DNA of 124,000 bases, taken from Octopus vulgaris (lineage: Eukaryota). The position numbers and the translations under genes are program-made. Where the stretch lies: contig OX597819.1 in NCBI GenBank assembly GCA_951406725.2, positions 25,192,001-25,316,000 on the forward strand. The letters are read 5' to 3'. Position 1 is the stretch's first letter, and each line of letters opens with the position of its first letter. Under the pieces are notes generated by a model. The model was not told the DNA's origin. It made no database searches and saw nothing but the letters and a program-made list of their open reading frames with translations. Positions 14,393 through 28,899 of the stretch are shown here, in pieces.

Positions 14393-16678
14393 AAACATTT
14401 TCAAAACTACTTATTCTCACATGTCATATCAAAATATACAATTTTTTAACAATTAACTTCCATGCTTCAATAGGTGAATTGAAGCAAAACATATAAGGCA
14501 ACATCTGGAATCAGAAGAAACTTGTGTTAGTCAGTGATGGCTATAATTACTCTGTAGGGAAATTCATTGAAGAGTTTGTTAATTTGAATTACTTTGGGAA
14601 ATAAAAGTTCTACATAGCATCATTTGTAGTTTTTTAAGGAAGTGAATTAAAATGTGATGTAGATTCCTCTTTTCTCACAGTAAGTGAACTTACTGAAATC
14701 TTCATTCACTCTTCTATATTAATATAAGTATGGTCATAACTGAATAGTTGAAACCAGTAAAAAATAATGAATGAACAGAAACAACATAGAGTATTAAGTC
14801 CTCTTTAGTTTTGTAGATTACAAGGTAACCCTTCTAGTGCTGGTGCCTTTATGAAATTATAAATTTGTTTTTGGCCATTAAAATCTAATTGGCTTTCTTC
14901 TATTTGCTGCCACCCTGTTTCTGTTTGGTTAATTATTTTAAGGATTAGTTCATGGCACATAAAATATTATTGGAGAAAGAGCATTAGTTGCTTAGAGGTG
15001 TGACATGTGAATAAGCCATCTCACTGGTTATCTTGGTTGTTTTTTTATTTTAATTCCTTCGTGAAATAATGGTGAAAACTATGAAGAAAAAGCAAAGCAT
15101 ATTTAGAACTACCTTGATTTCATGTTTTCAGAATCAGAAATCTTGAATTATTTGATTTTCTTTGAGATTGTGATTAAATTGTGGTTAGATGGAAGTAACA
15201 GAGAAAATCAGAAAATGATGGAATGAGAACATTTGAAGATGAAATATATAAAAAAAAAAAAGACTCCAAAGAATTTCAAGTACAGTGAGAGAAAGAAAGG
15301 GAAGAAAATATGAAGGACTGAGAATGCAAAAAAAAGGCAAAAGCCAAACAAAGCAAGAAATATTGCATTGTAAAAAAAAAAAAATTATATATTGAAAACT
15401 AAGTTAATAGAAAATAAAATATGTACAAAACATGGACATGGAGTCATATGGTTTCTTAGTTGTGTTGGGTCTAAACTATAGCCGGTTTTAATTCATTTTT
15501 GTTTTGTTAATGTCCAGAAAATGGTCTTAAATGACTTTATGGTTGTCTATTTGACTTTTTATCATTATTATATTTTTTTAGTCAAAAGGAAAGGGCAGTG
15601 CCCATGACTGTTTACAGAGCTTTCAAGATTGATGGGAGGGTGGGAGGAAGTTATCTTCAAGCTGGAGATCTGGCCAAATGCTTCCAAAATACATCCGAAA
15701 TACCATGATAATGTGACTAGCACCTCTCAAATGTAAAAGAAATATTGAAATTATTTTCCTATTGATTATTTAAGTGTTTAAAAATGTCCATGGAGTACTC
15801 TTATTTTGAATGCACAAATATATGTTCCAAATATACATGTACGCGTGTGTGTGTGTTAATAAACATATAATTAGAAACAACCTCCTGTATTCAGTGAGTT
15901 TTGTAACATTTAATTATATTGTGTAACCAAATATTATTTAGATAGCTAATCCAAGTCCTTCTGGACTTGACTTAGCTTAACTATACCAGTGTTCACATAG
16001 TATGTATGAATGCAATGAGAAACATAGTTATTATATTTATTGTAAAGGCCATGGGAACTGTGCCTTCTCCAAGACAAAATTATCCAACCATCGTTTTCAA
16101 TGGGAATTTTCTCAGAAATTAGTACTTTGGCAGTATTATATTATAGCATGTCTTGACATAAAATACAGCTGGTTTTCAATTTCTGAGATAACCTGGTGGT
16201 TGAAGTGTTTAGCTCATGATCATAAGGTTATGGGCTCAATTTCTAGTGTGCTTCTTTTTCACATCTGAGTATTTCAGAGGATATTGACTAATATTTCACT
16301 CATCCACCCCCCAACTCCCATTTAACCATACATGTATATAAACTTTGAATTTTTATCATTTTATTTGCATTCTGATATCAAAATTTAAAACAAAAAATAG
16401 GATTAGTCTTGTAAGTGCCACCATTATCTGAATTAACAAATATCTGTCTGTCTGTCTATTGTGTGTGTATGCATACATACATAAAGGAAGAGAAACAACA
16501 TAAGAATAAATGATTATCTTTTGAACTTCATTAGTGTGCAACTGTTTCTGCTGAGATGCAGTGGACTCGGTTGAGTGTCTGAATAGCACCTTATAAGGTG
16601 CTTCATCAGAGCCTCGAATATGAAGTACAATTTATTTGGGAAAGAATTACATTTGTGTCTATACTGGGATTGGCACCA

Positions 16679-16714
<36 letters not shown>

Positions 16715-18020
16715 GTGGAGGCGCAATGGCCCAGTGGTTAGGGCAGCGGACTCGCGGTTGTAAGATCACGGTTTTGATTCCCAGACAGGGCCTTGTGAGT
16801 GTTTATTGAGCGAAAACACCTAAAGCTCCACGATGCTCTGGCAGGGGGTGGTGGTGATCCCTGCTGTACTCTCTCGCCACAACCTTCTCTCACTCTTTCT
16901 TCTGTTGGCCTGCCCGCTTAGCCAGTGGGGTGGCATCATTTGAAGGCTAAAACAATGTGAAGCACATTGTGACCAGCGATGTGTAGCAACATCTGATAGC
17001 CTGGTCGGTCACGGTAATCACAGTGATATATATATATATGTAAATTGGATTTTGTAAAAAAATGCAAAAAATAAAGAAAACGAATGATAGCTATTATACA
17101 TCTATACATGTTGTTATCAACAATCATGTACAAAAAACACATCTGTCTGCTAATATTTACATATTATTTAAAGTAGTACATCTGATCATCATATTGCAGC
17201 ACAGTTGTGTTTGGGGCCTCTACTTTCTATGTTTTAAACTGAACTTCATAATGGCTATAGTAAATATTGCTTCCTTACTCTTGTATTAATGCTAATTAGT
17301 TTAATGCAAGGGGTCAATTTTTAACATAATTTCTATTGAGTTTGTTTTTTCACTTGATTTAGACAAAAATTTGGCATGCTGATTAAAACTAGTTTTCTTC
17401 TACCACTTCAAGTTTTTTCCTGCAGTTTACTATCTGAATAAGGGCTGCTCTGCTGCTTATATTATTTTATTGATAATAGGTATAAAACCATAACCATCAC
17501 TAACAAGCAAGAATAAATTGATAGAAATTGATAGGAATCTATCATGTTTTTAGGTGCCTATATTGTTGAAAACAGACATAAGCATCTCTTCAGCCCTTCT
17601 TCCTGTTGATTCAGGAGAATGTGCATTAAAGATTTTGATTGCTGGAGGAAGAGAGAACTGTCCCAGCACTTGACTGGTACCCATTTTCAGCTGTGTAGGA
17701 ATAAAGTGTCTTACTCAAGGAAGCGATGGAGCCATCCAATCCTGGAATCAAACCTATGACCTCATGATCATAATCCTAACCTTAACTACTGGGCCATATG
17801 CCATCCACATATACTAATTATACTAGTTATATATTAAACCTTCTAACTTTTAAAAAAACTGTTGTCTCCTTAACCCATCCATCTTCATTTCTCAACCTAA
17901 CAATTACATAATATGATATGTACTAACCAACTGACCACCATAATCAAGATACTTATGAAAGAATTTCTTTCACAGTGCCACTCTTTTCTGGTTACTAGTA
18001 TTCTATTATTACTTACTTAA

Positions 18021-18234
18021 CCCTTTTGTTACTGTATTTATTTTGAGAGGCTCTGTGTTTCTTTCAATTACTTTAAATATCACAAAGAATTTAGTAAAAT
18101 AACTTAGTTATCATTAAGCTAGTGTTGGGAACATAAATTGTGACTAAGGTTTGGTGGAAGATTTTAATTCAAAACTTATGAAAACAAGACATTTGTATTC
18201 AGAGCCGGTTTCAGCCGGGTTGGTAACGAAAGGG
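18021..18234 (+). mobile_element. piggyBac-type MITE
   Basis: TTAA|CCCTTTTGTTAC...GTAACGAAAGGG|TTAA: CCC/GGG termini and TTAA TSD; further copies at 44096-44315 and 48063-48283. Confidence 0.85.
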
Positions 18235-18570
18235 TTAAGCCCTTCTTTCTTGATGGAGTAAAGGCCGTTAATGACTTTTCTCTACAGTTACTGACTATCA
18301 GCTGTCTTTTCTGCTTCTTTCTGTCTAGATTCCTGCTTTTTATTTTGCCGCACAGTATCATATGCTTTTCCCGAGAGAAGGCCTTCCTCTCTCCCAGATC
18401 TTGTTGTTTCTGCATTGTCATCAATGCTTCTGTAACTTTACTTCTCTTTTAGGTAGTGGTTGGTGGCTTTGTGCAAACCCCATTTTTACTTCTGGAAGAG
18501 GTAGTCCATTTTAGTTTGGCCACTATCTTTTGACTTGCCAAGAGCTTGCACTCCATTGGTATAGTTCTCA

Positions 18571-18803
18571 GGCGGCGAGCTGGCAGAAACGTTAGCACAT
18601 CGGGCGAAACGCTTAGCAGTATTTCATCTGCTGTTACGTTCTGAGTTCAAATTCCGCCGAGGTCGACTTTGCCTTTTATCCTTTCAGGGTCAATTAAATA
18701 AGTACCAGTTACACACTGGGGTCGATATAATCGACTTAATCCGTTTGTCTGTCCTTGTTTGTCCTCTCTGTGTTTAGCCCCTTGTGGGCAGTAAAGAAAT
18801 AGG
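18571..18803 (+). mobile_element. tRNA-derived SINE, family C (GGCGGCGAGCTGGCAGAAACG...)
   Basis: Flanked by a ~15-bp direct repeat GGTATAGTTCTCAGG (18558-72, 18802-16); other copies about 68510-68700, 89267-89498 and minus-strand copies at 87200-87555, 94690-94895, 95010-95190. Confidence 0.88.
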
Positions 18804-19280
18804 TATAGTTCTCAGGATTATTGAGGCACACAAGCCACCAAGGACTGGACCTTATCATGGGATATTATTATAATTGCTGTATATTCTGTTGAACAACATG
18901 GAAAAAAACTGAAAAAAATCATCTAAGGATTTGCTAATTATAGAATTTAGATCTTCATGATAATCTGTTCTGTCAAATTAAAGATTCAAAGTTTTCGTTT
19001 TTTAATTCTTCAATAGCTTTTAGTCATTGGACTGTGGCTATTCTGAGGAACTGTCTTTAAGGGTTTTAGTCTAGCATATCAGTCCTAGTAACTTACATAG
19101 TACATATTTCACTTTGAAAGATGTAAAGTGTAGCATGTCATAAAGGGAGATAATTTGCTGAATTTAAGTGCTGCTACATATTTCTATTCAAATATACTGG
19201 TTATTTACTTGACAAAGATCTAAACACACACACACACACACACACACAAGCACTCATACTATTCATCTGCGAGTCTCTTT

Positions 19281-19981
19281 GGATCTTTTCCTTTTGAACG
19301 GCAGACAATTTCTAGTTAACTAAACACTTTAAAACTTTGTATACTGGTAGAATGTGTCAAAATAAAACATTTTTTTCTCTTGGCTTTCTTGAGAAAATTG
19401 TAAGTTGTTTGTTTAACGTAGTTTAATTTTTCGAATTTTAACCAATCCTATGCGCTCTTTTGAGCTAAAATCATTTGCTGCATCTAAAACTGAGACAACA
19501 TCCTGTAACTAACCCTAACCCTAAATTTTTTTTTCTTAATTGTTAAATTAATTTAACTGTTACGCGTGTAAAAAAAACTAAAGCAATGGAAAATAATTTA
19601 AACAATTAACAAACAAAATAATTCTATAATTTTATACACACGCTTTCCGTTTATTTTACACGTGTAACAGTTAAATTAATTTAACAATTAAGGAAAAAAA
19701 AATTTATGGTTAGGGTTAGGGGGAGGTTTAGGGTTGGTTACAGGATGTTGTCTCAGTTTTAGACGCAGCAAATGATTTTAGTTCAATGGAGGTAATTGAT
19801 TGGTTAAAATTGCCAAAATGCTCGGATTTTCAGACGAAATGTCTTACAAACTATAGAATTTTCTCAATAAAACCAAGAGAAAATGATGTTTTATAAACAC
19901 ATTCTACCAGTATACGAAGTTTAAAACTTTTTAGTTACCTAGAAATTATGTTACAAACTGCCGTTCAAAAGGAAAAGATCC
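19281..19981. mobile_element. Fold-back MITE (~700 bp, almost entirely palindromic) with internal TTAGGG-like repeats
   Basis: GGATCTTTTCCTTTTGAACGGCAG... pairs with ...CTGCCGTTCAAAAGGAAAAGATCC; inner arms also complementary, with AACCCTAACCCTAA / TTAGGGTTAGGG. Confidence 0.85.
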
Positions 19982-20924
19982 GTCTCTTTTATTGAGATCC
20001 TTTTGTGCACTACTTTTATAACCCCTCATTATCATGACTGATGATTTTGACTGTACATGTTGGACAACACATTACAAGCTTTCTTATATTATATGTATTG
20101 CATATGCTACTATTGAGATGTTTTCTTTACTAGCAAAAATCACTTTGAGCATGAGTTACTGTAAGTCACTTACCTTATGCACGAGAGAATCTATGTTGCT
20201 CAACATGCAAGAAATGCCAGCACGATCTCTACAGAACACTTGTATTTTGTACAGCCAAAGTTTTTTTCTGTGATTGTTATAATATAAGAATATATCTCTT
20301 TATGGAAGCTCTACATGAGCCAATGAGAATGTCATTATGTGCTCATTCAACCGGCTAGAAATAGCAGCTAAATTACCCTAATTTCACATGTTACCATGTT
20401 TGGAAAAGAAAAATAACATTGATTTGTGTAGTCCTTGATGCATTGTCTGAAGAAAAAAAGACATGTGGTTACTGATGAAAGGCTCTGATCATAAGTCTGT
20501 TTATCTGAAGATCTACTTTCACAATATCGCAGAAACAATCTTCACAGAACATCCTGCATTACCAAATTCTGTTAATAATAACTGTCATGTTAACCTCTAC
20601 ACTAACTTTTTAGACACCCTTATAACTTTAATCCTTTTTGAGTAGTTGTCAGTTAGTCATAGGCTAAAGCAAACAGAATTCCCATTTTCAAAGGCATTCC
20701 AAGTAGTTCAGGTCTGACTATGTGGTGAAGAAACATGCTTTGCAACCACATGGTCCAGTCCCATTGTGCAACATTTTGAACTAGTGTCTTCTACTATAGC
20801 CCCAGGCTGATCAAAGTATTGTAACTAGATTATTTGACAAAATGTGAAAGAAACCCATACATACATACATACACATGCATGCATGTATATATATATATAT
20901 ATATATCATCATCATCATCATCAT

Positions 20925-21095
20925 CATTTAGCGTCCGCTTTCCATGCTAGCATGGGTTGGATGGTTCAACTGGGGTCTGTGAAGCCAGAAGGCTGCATCA
21001 GGCCCAGTCTGATCTGGCAGTGTTTCTACAGCTGGATGCCCTTCCTAACACCAACCACTCCGTGAGTGTAGTGGGTGCTTTTTACGTGCCACCCA
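20925..21095 (+). mobile_element. SINE/short repeat family E (after (CAT)n; CGTTTAGCGTCCGCTTTCCATGCTAGCATGGG...)
   Basis: Same sequence at about 24530-24650, 41519-41770 and reverse at 32598-33115. Confidence 0.75.
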
Positions 21096-22794
21096 CACAC
21101 ACACACACGCACACATATTCATATATCTATGTATAAATGTGTGTGTGTTTTTGTGTGTTTTAACTCTTTCTCTTGACATTGCCTGCTAATCATTAATGAA
21201 GGGTCCCTGTCTTTAAGTGTCATTTGGTCTTCTATAACATGTCTGGCCATCAATGCCCTTTAGCATTTAGCTTATTCAGTCAAATGCTAATGCTTATCTG
21301 CTCACATTCTTTTGGATCAATCTACCATTATTTCATTGCTTCAAGATGTCAATGATGTGATTGTTTATTTTGAGAATGATAATGTAGCATAGAGAGGGAA
21401 AATATTTAGGTTGGATATGACCAGTTTAAATCGCTAAAGGGTTAACATTTGCCTCAGTGAATTTTATCTAATCCATACAAGCATGGAAAAGTAAACTTTA
21501 AAAACAAAGATGATAATGATTCTAGATGTGACCTTCCCATCTTATTTTCACACATAATATATCCTAAGACAAAATTATACAAAAGAATTTCAGATTTGAC
21601 CATACCATCTTATTCTAAAACGTTATGTGTCTTGGACTACTTAATCTAATGTTGATGTAACTTTCTTTTCTCAAGACAACATTGTGTGATTTAAGAATGA
21701 TTTTGACTGATATTTTTAACAGGTGAAATGACTTGCAGTAGTTCCTATATTTACTCCTTGATTTTAGTAATACTAATTCTACTAACCACTACAGGACTGC
21801 TGCCTTAAGAATCCCATAACACTACAACTACTAAACACAGCTAATTCAACCATTTCCTTATATCCTTCATTTTGTCCAAAACTTCTCACCTTTTTGCTTC
21901 TATTTAATTTACTCTTTTTACAATATCTCTCTCTCCTCTTTCCCTGTACATCTTTTATTTCAAAACATATTCTCATTCTATACTTTCCATTTACTAAATG
22001 TTATTCACTTCTCTATTTATTTATTTATTCATTTATGTTATTATTTATTTTTCCACTCATTTTTATCTAATTTTTTTTATTTATCTTTTATTTTTATTTT
22101 TTCCTCTCATTTGAAATTCTTTCTTCAATGCAATTACAGTTTAGAAGGTTTCTTTAAATTTAGAATATTTCTTTGAGTTGGGTAAAGAAATGCATTTTAC
22201 AATGGCTAAGTGTGTTTTTTTTCATTTTATTTATTTTTACCTTTAATAATTCAATTGTAAAATCAGTGTAGGAAGATGTTGACTACAAAGTTTGATTTTG
22301 GCAATGGGATATATTTTACTCGAGGTCATATTGCTTGTAATAAATTTTTGAACTCACGAATTTTCACATTTGTACAAACCATTACAAAAATTAATTGCAC
22401 CTCTATATTTGCTATTATATTTACCTATTTTTACCTATGCAATATATATCTCAACATTACAACATATTTTGTATGGGTAAAATGCAATTAAATTTCATAA
22501 CAGTTTGTACAAAAGTAAAATGTACATGATTTCTGGGCAAGTGCATTCTACTACAGTGTTGGCTTGACCAATAAATTATTAGTAGAATATCGAAAACAGA
22601 AACTGTGTGGAATCTTATTATAACGAAGCTCACAACCAGGTGATTGTGAAGTGACCTTCTTAACCACACAACCATGCCATCTATTATTATTATTAGTATC
22701 AATCGAGTATCGAAGTCAATGTAATTGACTAGTCTCCTCCCCCAAAGTTTCAGGCCTTGTGCATATAGTAGAAAGGATCATTATTATTATTATT

Positions 22795-23307
22795 GAGTGA
22801 GAGAGCAGTCCATGCCATCAAAATGACACTGGGGTAAAATATACAAAGCCCAGTATACCCATCATGACTACCAGTCTGACGAGTGTGTACCAGGCACATG
22901 CATCACAGCCATATGTACGCGACATGGTGATCTCATATCAAGAAAAACAGCGCATGATCTTGTAGGTGGGGCCCAGTTAGAATTTTCTTCTGGTTGAGTA
23001 ACCCATCCCACTCAAAAGGTCCCTGAATAAGGGTTGTTTAAGGGTGTTGAACGAAACACCCATGTTTCCAGAGGCGAATTTCCCCAACTACTCCTGCTCA
23101 TGATCAGAGATGCACATATCGTCAGCCACTAAGGGACATGCTCAACTGGTTAAGGTCAAACAACTGACAAGCAAATCTGTGGTATTGAGCAGAATATTTG
23201 CTTTAGCCCATCTTTTATACCAAGACAAAACAAGGTACATGATAACACTTCCAATCAGTTAAGATCAGAAGCCATGAGAGCCACTGCTTGGCACTGCCTT
23301 AGCGCAT
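22795..23307 (-). mobile_element. ~520-560 bp non-coding interspersed element flanked by (TAA)n (family D)
   Basis: Reverse complement of 100330-100888 and 99758-100215; ATT/TAA runs on both sides of every copy. Confidence 0.8.
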
Positions 23308-23328
23308 TTATTATTATTATAATTATTA

Positions 23329-23371
<43 letters not shown>

Positions 23372-24673
23372 CGTTATTGTTGTTGTTGTAATGTCACAGT
23401 TAAGTGATAAATGCTTTAATGTTTAGGTAAATGTTTAAGGATTGTTGTTATAATACTTTACAATATCTGTCAAAGAAAGAAGCATGCTAATCCCTTGAAT
23501 AGGCAATCAGGAAGTTGTTATACTCAACTCACATAGTTAAATGACATTTACGAGTGAAGGAAATGCACTAGTGAGCAGCAAGTACAGAGGTATCATGTTG
23601 GTAGACAAGGTTATGAAAGTTATGGAAAAAAAATTATTACAAGATCAATCAAGAACAAGATAGACCTAATGAGATGCAGTTTGGCTTTGTGTCAAGAATC
23701 ATCAGTAATACTGGATTTCCAGTGAGACAGCTGCAGGATTGATACTTAAGTTGGATTAAGCCTCTGTACTCTAAATAACCTGGAGAAGGGCTTTGACGGA
23801 ATCCTATGTTCTTTCATCTAATGGTTACACAAGAAATTAGGGGAAGATGAATAGCTTGTGATAGTCGCATGTTATTCATTAAGGTGAGGATATAAAAATG
23901 CTTTCGTCTCCAAGTGCTGAGTACCCCTCTTACAGCACTGCACTTATTTTACAATAATCATCAAAGCATTATTAAATATATCTTTTATTTTCTTTCAGTG
24001 ACACCATTAACTTTAATATATATTTTATTTCTTTTCTTTCAGTTTATTTATTTGTTTATGAATTTTTCTATTGATTGATAAATCATATTCTTTTAATTCA
24101 TGCTTAATTAATATGCTTAATGAATGATAAAATTTGTATGAATTTTGTGACAATAATTGTCTCATAAAAGTGGTTTTCTTTTTTTTACATAAAAGCATAT
24201 ATTTCTTTGCCTTCACATACACAATAGATGCACGCATACACACACATATCCATTGGTTAAGTACTCAATGCAAAAGTAGAAAAGTGTAATGTCATAATTA
24301 ATCTGTGCTGATTCAGTCACCTGTTATCCTGGAGTTACTGCAACATATTGCTGAGCAATTGGTAAAGACAGGAAAAAACTGGTTAATCCAAATTTCTCTT
24401 GTCTCAGGAACCTAGTAAACTTGATATCTATGTATCTGTTTGTCTGTCTGTTTGTATATGTGTATGTGTGTCTGTCTGTAGGTCTATCTACATACTATTA
24501 TCATCATCATCATCATCATCATCATCATTCAACGTCTGCTTTCCATGCTAGCATGGGTTGGACGAATGACTGAGGGCTGGCGAACCAGATGGTGGCACCA
24601 GGCTTCAATCTTGATCTGGCAAAGTTTCTATAGCTGGATGCCCTTCCTAATGCCATGCCCTTCCTAACGCCAT

Positions 24674-24718
<45 letters not shown>

Positions 24719-26646
24719 ATATGTATGTGTGTGTGTGTATGTATGTATCATTATCATCATCATTTCATCCCATCTTTCATGTTGGCATGAATTGTTTAAC
24801 CACACAATTCATGTTGGTAGACAAGGTTATCAGAAGATTCAATTTTGTGCACCAAGGACTGCATCAAGCTCCATTATCTGTTTCATCATAATTTCTCTGG
24901 CTGGATGCCTTTCCTAACACCAACCACTTTATAGAGTGTTGTGGGTGGGTTTTTTTACATAATTCCAGCACTACTGATGTTGCCAAATAACAAGCAAGTC
25001 TAAGGAAAGAAAAAAAAACCCCTCTCAAATGAATGGGATTAAAATTAAAAAGTTGGTGACTTTGTATTGAGTGTTGAGAGACTAATGCATGAGAGAGACA
25101 GGTGTGGGTGTCTTGCTTCAGTGGAGATATGTGTCTACATTGCATTATATAAGGGTGGAAAAAATTATATAGCAGGAAAAAAATACAATGGTAGTGATGA
25201 CTATATGTCAAAGCATACTTTCAAGATACAGGAAGATGAGTATAAGAGAGAATACTGACAAAGAATCAGTAAGGATTTATCAGTAGATAAATCCAGTAGA
25301 GTGTGAGAGGAGAGTGACAGATGGTTAGTGATAGGTGTAGAGATGAATGTAGTGAATGGAATTTGGGTGGAGATGTGGTTGTTGGTAAATATCAATTTTA
25401 GAAAGAGGTGAAAGAATAAGAGTGACTGATGAAGGTGGAGGTGATAAGGAGGGCTAGGAGTGGCTGTGTGGTAAGTAGCTTGCTTACCAACCACATGGTT
25501 CTGGGTTCAGTCCTACTGCATGGCACCTTGAGCAAATGTCTTCTACTATAGCCTCGGGCTGACCAAAATCTTGTGAGTGGATTTGGTAGATGGAAACTGA
25601 AAGAAGCCCGTCATATATATGTATGTGTGTGTGTATATGTTTGTGTGTCTGTGATTGTCCTCCCCAACATTGCTTGAGAACCGATGCTTACAAAGAATAA
25701 GTCCTGGGGGTGATTTGCTCAACTAAAGGTGGTGCTCCAGCATGGCCACAGTCACATGACTGAAACAAGTAAAGAGTAAAAAGAGAGTAAGTGGGGAGAT
25801 AAACTGTATAATAGACCTGGTGGTAGATGAGAAAATATGAGGATGATTTGCAAGGTAAGTGAGAGAGAGAATAAGAAGAAAATAGATGCACAATAACAGA
25901 GATGGTTGCATAGGGGCAGTACATAGGGGTGGCTATAGTGACTGGAAGCCAAAGGAGTAGGGGACATGAATGGATGATGAGTAGGAGTGGCTGTGTGGTA
26001 AATAGCTTGCTTACCAACCACATGGTTCGGGGTTCAGTCCCACTGCTTGGCACCTTGGAGACTTCACAGCTTGATATGTATGCGTGTACGTATGTACATC
26101 ATGTGACCGACCAGTCCATCAGATGTAGTTACACATCGCTGGTCACAATGCGTTCGCATTGTTTTAGCCTTCGAATGACGCCACCCTGCTGGCTAAGCGA
26201 GCAGGCCAACAGAAGAAAGAGTGGTGAAAGAGTACAGCAGGGATCACCCCCCCCCTGTCGGAGCCTCGTGGAGCTTTTAGGTGTTTTCACTCAATAAACA
26301 CTTACAACGCTCGGTCTGGGAATCGAAACCGCGATCCTACGACCGCGAGTCCACTGCCCTAACCTCTAGGCCATTGCACCTCCACACGTATGTACATACA
26401 TTGCAAATATAGGTTTGTGTGTGTGTATATGTTAATACACAACTACACATGAACATACTGCGCATAAACACACGTCTGGGTTTGTTTGAAGTTGAATCAG
26501 GTCCCCTTGCATTCTAAGTGCACACACACACACACACACACACCATCATCATTAATCATTCAACCCATGCTACCATGGCCATTAAATGATGATGATGATG
26601 ATGATTGTTGATGATATATAAAATATTTGTATATTTGTTTATATGT

Positions 26647-26694
<48 letters not shown>

Positions 26695-28899
26695 CATGTG
26701 TATGTATGTATCTGTAATTGTGGTTTTAGTTCCTTTAACTTTGGCACCACAAGAGTGATAATTGTTTGATGTTCAGGGTTTGTTGTGGCTTACCATCTTT
26801 GTGTTATTTAACTTGTGTCTCTTAATAAATGTTACTAACTGCTTACACTTTGCACTAGCCTCATTTTTTTTTTCCACATGTACTGGCTGTCATTCTTCCC
26901 ACACCATGCACACATACACACGCACACACACACACAAGATCTGCAATTATGATGCTCTTTAATATCTCCTTACTACTGAATATATGTTTTTACATATAAT
27001 GAGATTGATGGTGGTGGTAGGAGAGGCTCTGTGTGGTCATACTCCACCTGCTAGAAATAACAGTCAAGTCTTTTAAAATTTATATGCAACTATCTTTAAA
27101 AAAAATGGACAAATTGGATGATGTGGTTTAAGGTGTTTTGTGCCTGGAAAAGTATGGGATGTTCATGTCTGGAATGCTTTTGAGCGTACATCTGCTAGAT
27201 CAGGACTGACCTATGGCTGAATAACAACAGCATCAGCAGCAGCTACAGCAGTGGAGGCACAATGGCCCAGTGGTTAGGGCAGCGAACTCGCGGTCAGAAG
27301 ATCGTGGTTTCGATTCTCAGACCGGGCATTGTGTGTGTTTATTGAGCAAAAACACCTAAAGCTCTACGAGGCTCCAGCAGGAGGTGGTGGCAACCCCTGT
27401 TGTACTCTTTTGCCCCAACTTTCTCTCACTCTTTCTTCCTATTTCTTGTCCCCAACTTCCTACGCAGTCGCTGAGCCTGGATGCGCATTCATCCATCCGT
27501 CGGTGTTGGGGGTTGCCCTGCTTTCTCTTCTACAGGTCTTACAAATAGCAAAGGACCACATTTCGGACTTCTCCCATCTCGCGAGCTCTGGGACGAAGAC
27601 CGTTCACTCAACAGCCACAGCAGCAACAGCAGCAACAATAATTCAAAGATCTATTATAGTGAGAGATTAAGAAGATTTTGTGATGTTCATGTCAACACTA
27701 GATATGTCAGGAAACTGAGTCAAAGAGAAATACAAGAAAGAAAATAGCAAATACTTGGCTGCAGTGCATAAGTGAGTGTTCCACATAAGTTATTTTGAAA
27801 TTTGTTTATTAGGAAACCATTATACAATGACTAAACCTGCTAGAAATAACAGCCAAGTCTATCTCAAATCACATTCAACTACTTAAAAAAAAAAATCGGA
27901 AGGATATGATATACACTGCATCAAAATATATACACTATATTAAAATATAAGTGGAATGATCATGTTGAAATAAAGTAAAGATGGGATGGTTGTTGCTAAT
28001 GGATTTTTGAACATACACCTGCTTCATCAGACCTGGGGCTAAACAACAAGAACTAATTTTGAATTTACAAAGTAATAAATCATTTTTACTGGTTAGGTAA
28101 TTTTTTTTTTTTTCTTTTCTGTTGTAAGACAAAATTCGATATTTCACTGTGATTTGTTTTGTATATGAAAATTAAGTCTAAAACAAGCTTACCAAAATTT
28201 TGTCTTGTGGTTTATATAATGAATCAATATTAGATTTTTCTTTGGAATAGATAATTTAACAATCATCTATTCAATCTTTATTAGCATTTTATGTCTGCTT
28301 TTCCATGCCAATATGGATTGAGTGTTTTTTTCTGAGATAGTGTTTTATGTTCAGAAGCCCTTGCTTTTGGCCATTTCTTTCAATATGCTGAAATGCAGTG
28401 TACCTGTCCAAAAAACCAGGACACACACACACAGTAAGCAATCATCTATTCCAATACTGATCAAATTTAAAATCTGTATTTAAAATTAGTATTTGAAGAT
28501 TATTGAGTTTGCAAATTCAGAAAAGAAAATGAAAATTTAAAACTGCAGATACTGAAAATGGCTACATAAAAGTTGTCCTGTTATATACATCAAGCCACAG
28601 ACCTCTAAGATTTAAAAAAATGATCTTAAAGGATCTGCAAACTTCATAATATATGTTAAATAGCAATGTTACAGAATCTCATAAGGAAAATGTCAAATGC
28701 TGACTTCCAGTTCACTGTGTACATGACCCAGGCATTGCATTCACAGAAACTGACAACACATAACTCATTGTACTGTGTAAATTTGTTGTATAGTCTAAAT
28801 TTGTATGGTGGACTGGAATATATCCCTTAAGATCATTGTATCATGCATATGACTAAACAAATCTTTTAAGACTGCTGTTCGACATACACTGATTTACTA

